DNA of 63,978 bases, counting the filler, from Octopus bimaculoides (Eukaryota), in NCBI RefSeq assembly GCF_001194135.2. It is 6 parts of 5 records of this genome, joined end to end, with 100 filler letters (N's around TTAATTAATTAA, not from the genome) between each part and the next. Parts side by side here need not be neighbours in the genome. Positions count along the whole stretch, not along the records: positions 62,084 to 63,978 come from NC_068985.1; 5 more parts are not named here. One strand, written 5' to 3'. This document shows, piece after piece, positions 63,484 through 63,978 of the stretch. How positions within the stretch are numbered: the stretch's first letter is position 1; every line of letters begins with the position of its first letter. The notes under the pieces were generated by a model, which worked only from the letters and a program-made list of their open reading frames with translations, had not been told where the DNA came from and searched no databases. A program made the translations under genes and the position numbers.

Positions 63484-63978
63484 TACATATATATACAGAC
63501 TGGGATAGCTGTGAATTTGTATCATTGTCAGTAAGAGAAATAGCTAAATCGAATGCAATGCTTCCAGTATTTTGTGCAATCCTCTATATACACAAACGTA
63601 CTTGCTTGTGCATACACACACACATGTACATTTATACACACAGATACTCAAGTCGTCCAAAGAATGTATACACATTTTAACAGGTGATAACTAACTTTGT
63701 AGTGGCGCGTGTGGCCGCCATTGGCCGGCTCGGCTATCTCTCCCCAGTTCTTATATTAATCATTAAAATCCAGAAATACAACAACATGAGAGATAACGGT
63801 AACAACAGATCAATAATTTATTCTAGGTTGGTGTAGAGCCGTTTTGTTCCTGGGTGAACAGGCATGCCGCTAGAATACCAAGGAAGCTTCGACCACATGT
63901 CGGTATCGAGTTGAGAGAGCACTGGAAGATACGTGTTGTCACGACCGCTGCTAGATAGAGAAGAGAACGAACGCTATC

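Overview
AT-rich, microsatellite-dense eukaryotic DNA from a gapped draft assembly. The SINE, RTE, Penelope and mariner repertoire looks like an octopus (cephalopod) genome; this is an inference. Five artificial spacers (44N-TTAATTAATTAA-44N) split the window into six blocks: 1-14199, 14300-19504, 19605-41549, 41650-54272, 54373-61983 and 62084-63978. Two host genes are supported, both on the minus strand. One is 12 in-frame internal exons of proprotein convertase PCSK7/PC7 (40547 down to 19924), with the D/H/N/S catalytic residues intact; the signal peptide, prodomain and C-terminal exons were not found. The other is an intronless NAXD/CARKD gene (48571-49602). The most unusual signal is in the 14.3-19.5 kb block: three tandemly duplicated 33-nt micro-exons with consensus splice sites. 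Their sequences are only about 52-67% identical while the adjacent intron is about 95-97% identical, i.e. a candidate hypervariable micro-exon array of an unidentified gene. The rest is mostly decayed transposons (Tc1, mariner, RTE, R4/Dong-like, Penelope-like with hammerhead motifs, several tRNA-derived SINE families, a MITE with a telomere-like core), palindromes and tandem repeats. All alignments and counts were done by eye.
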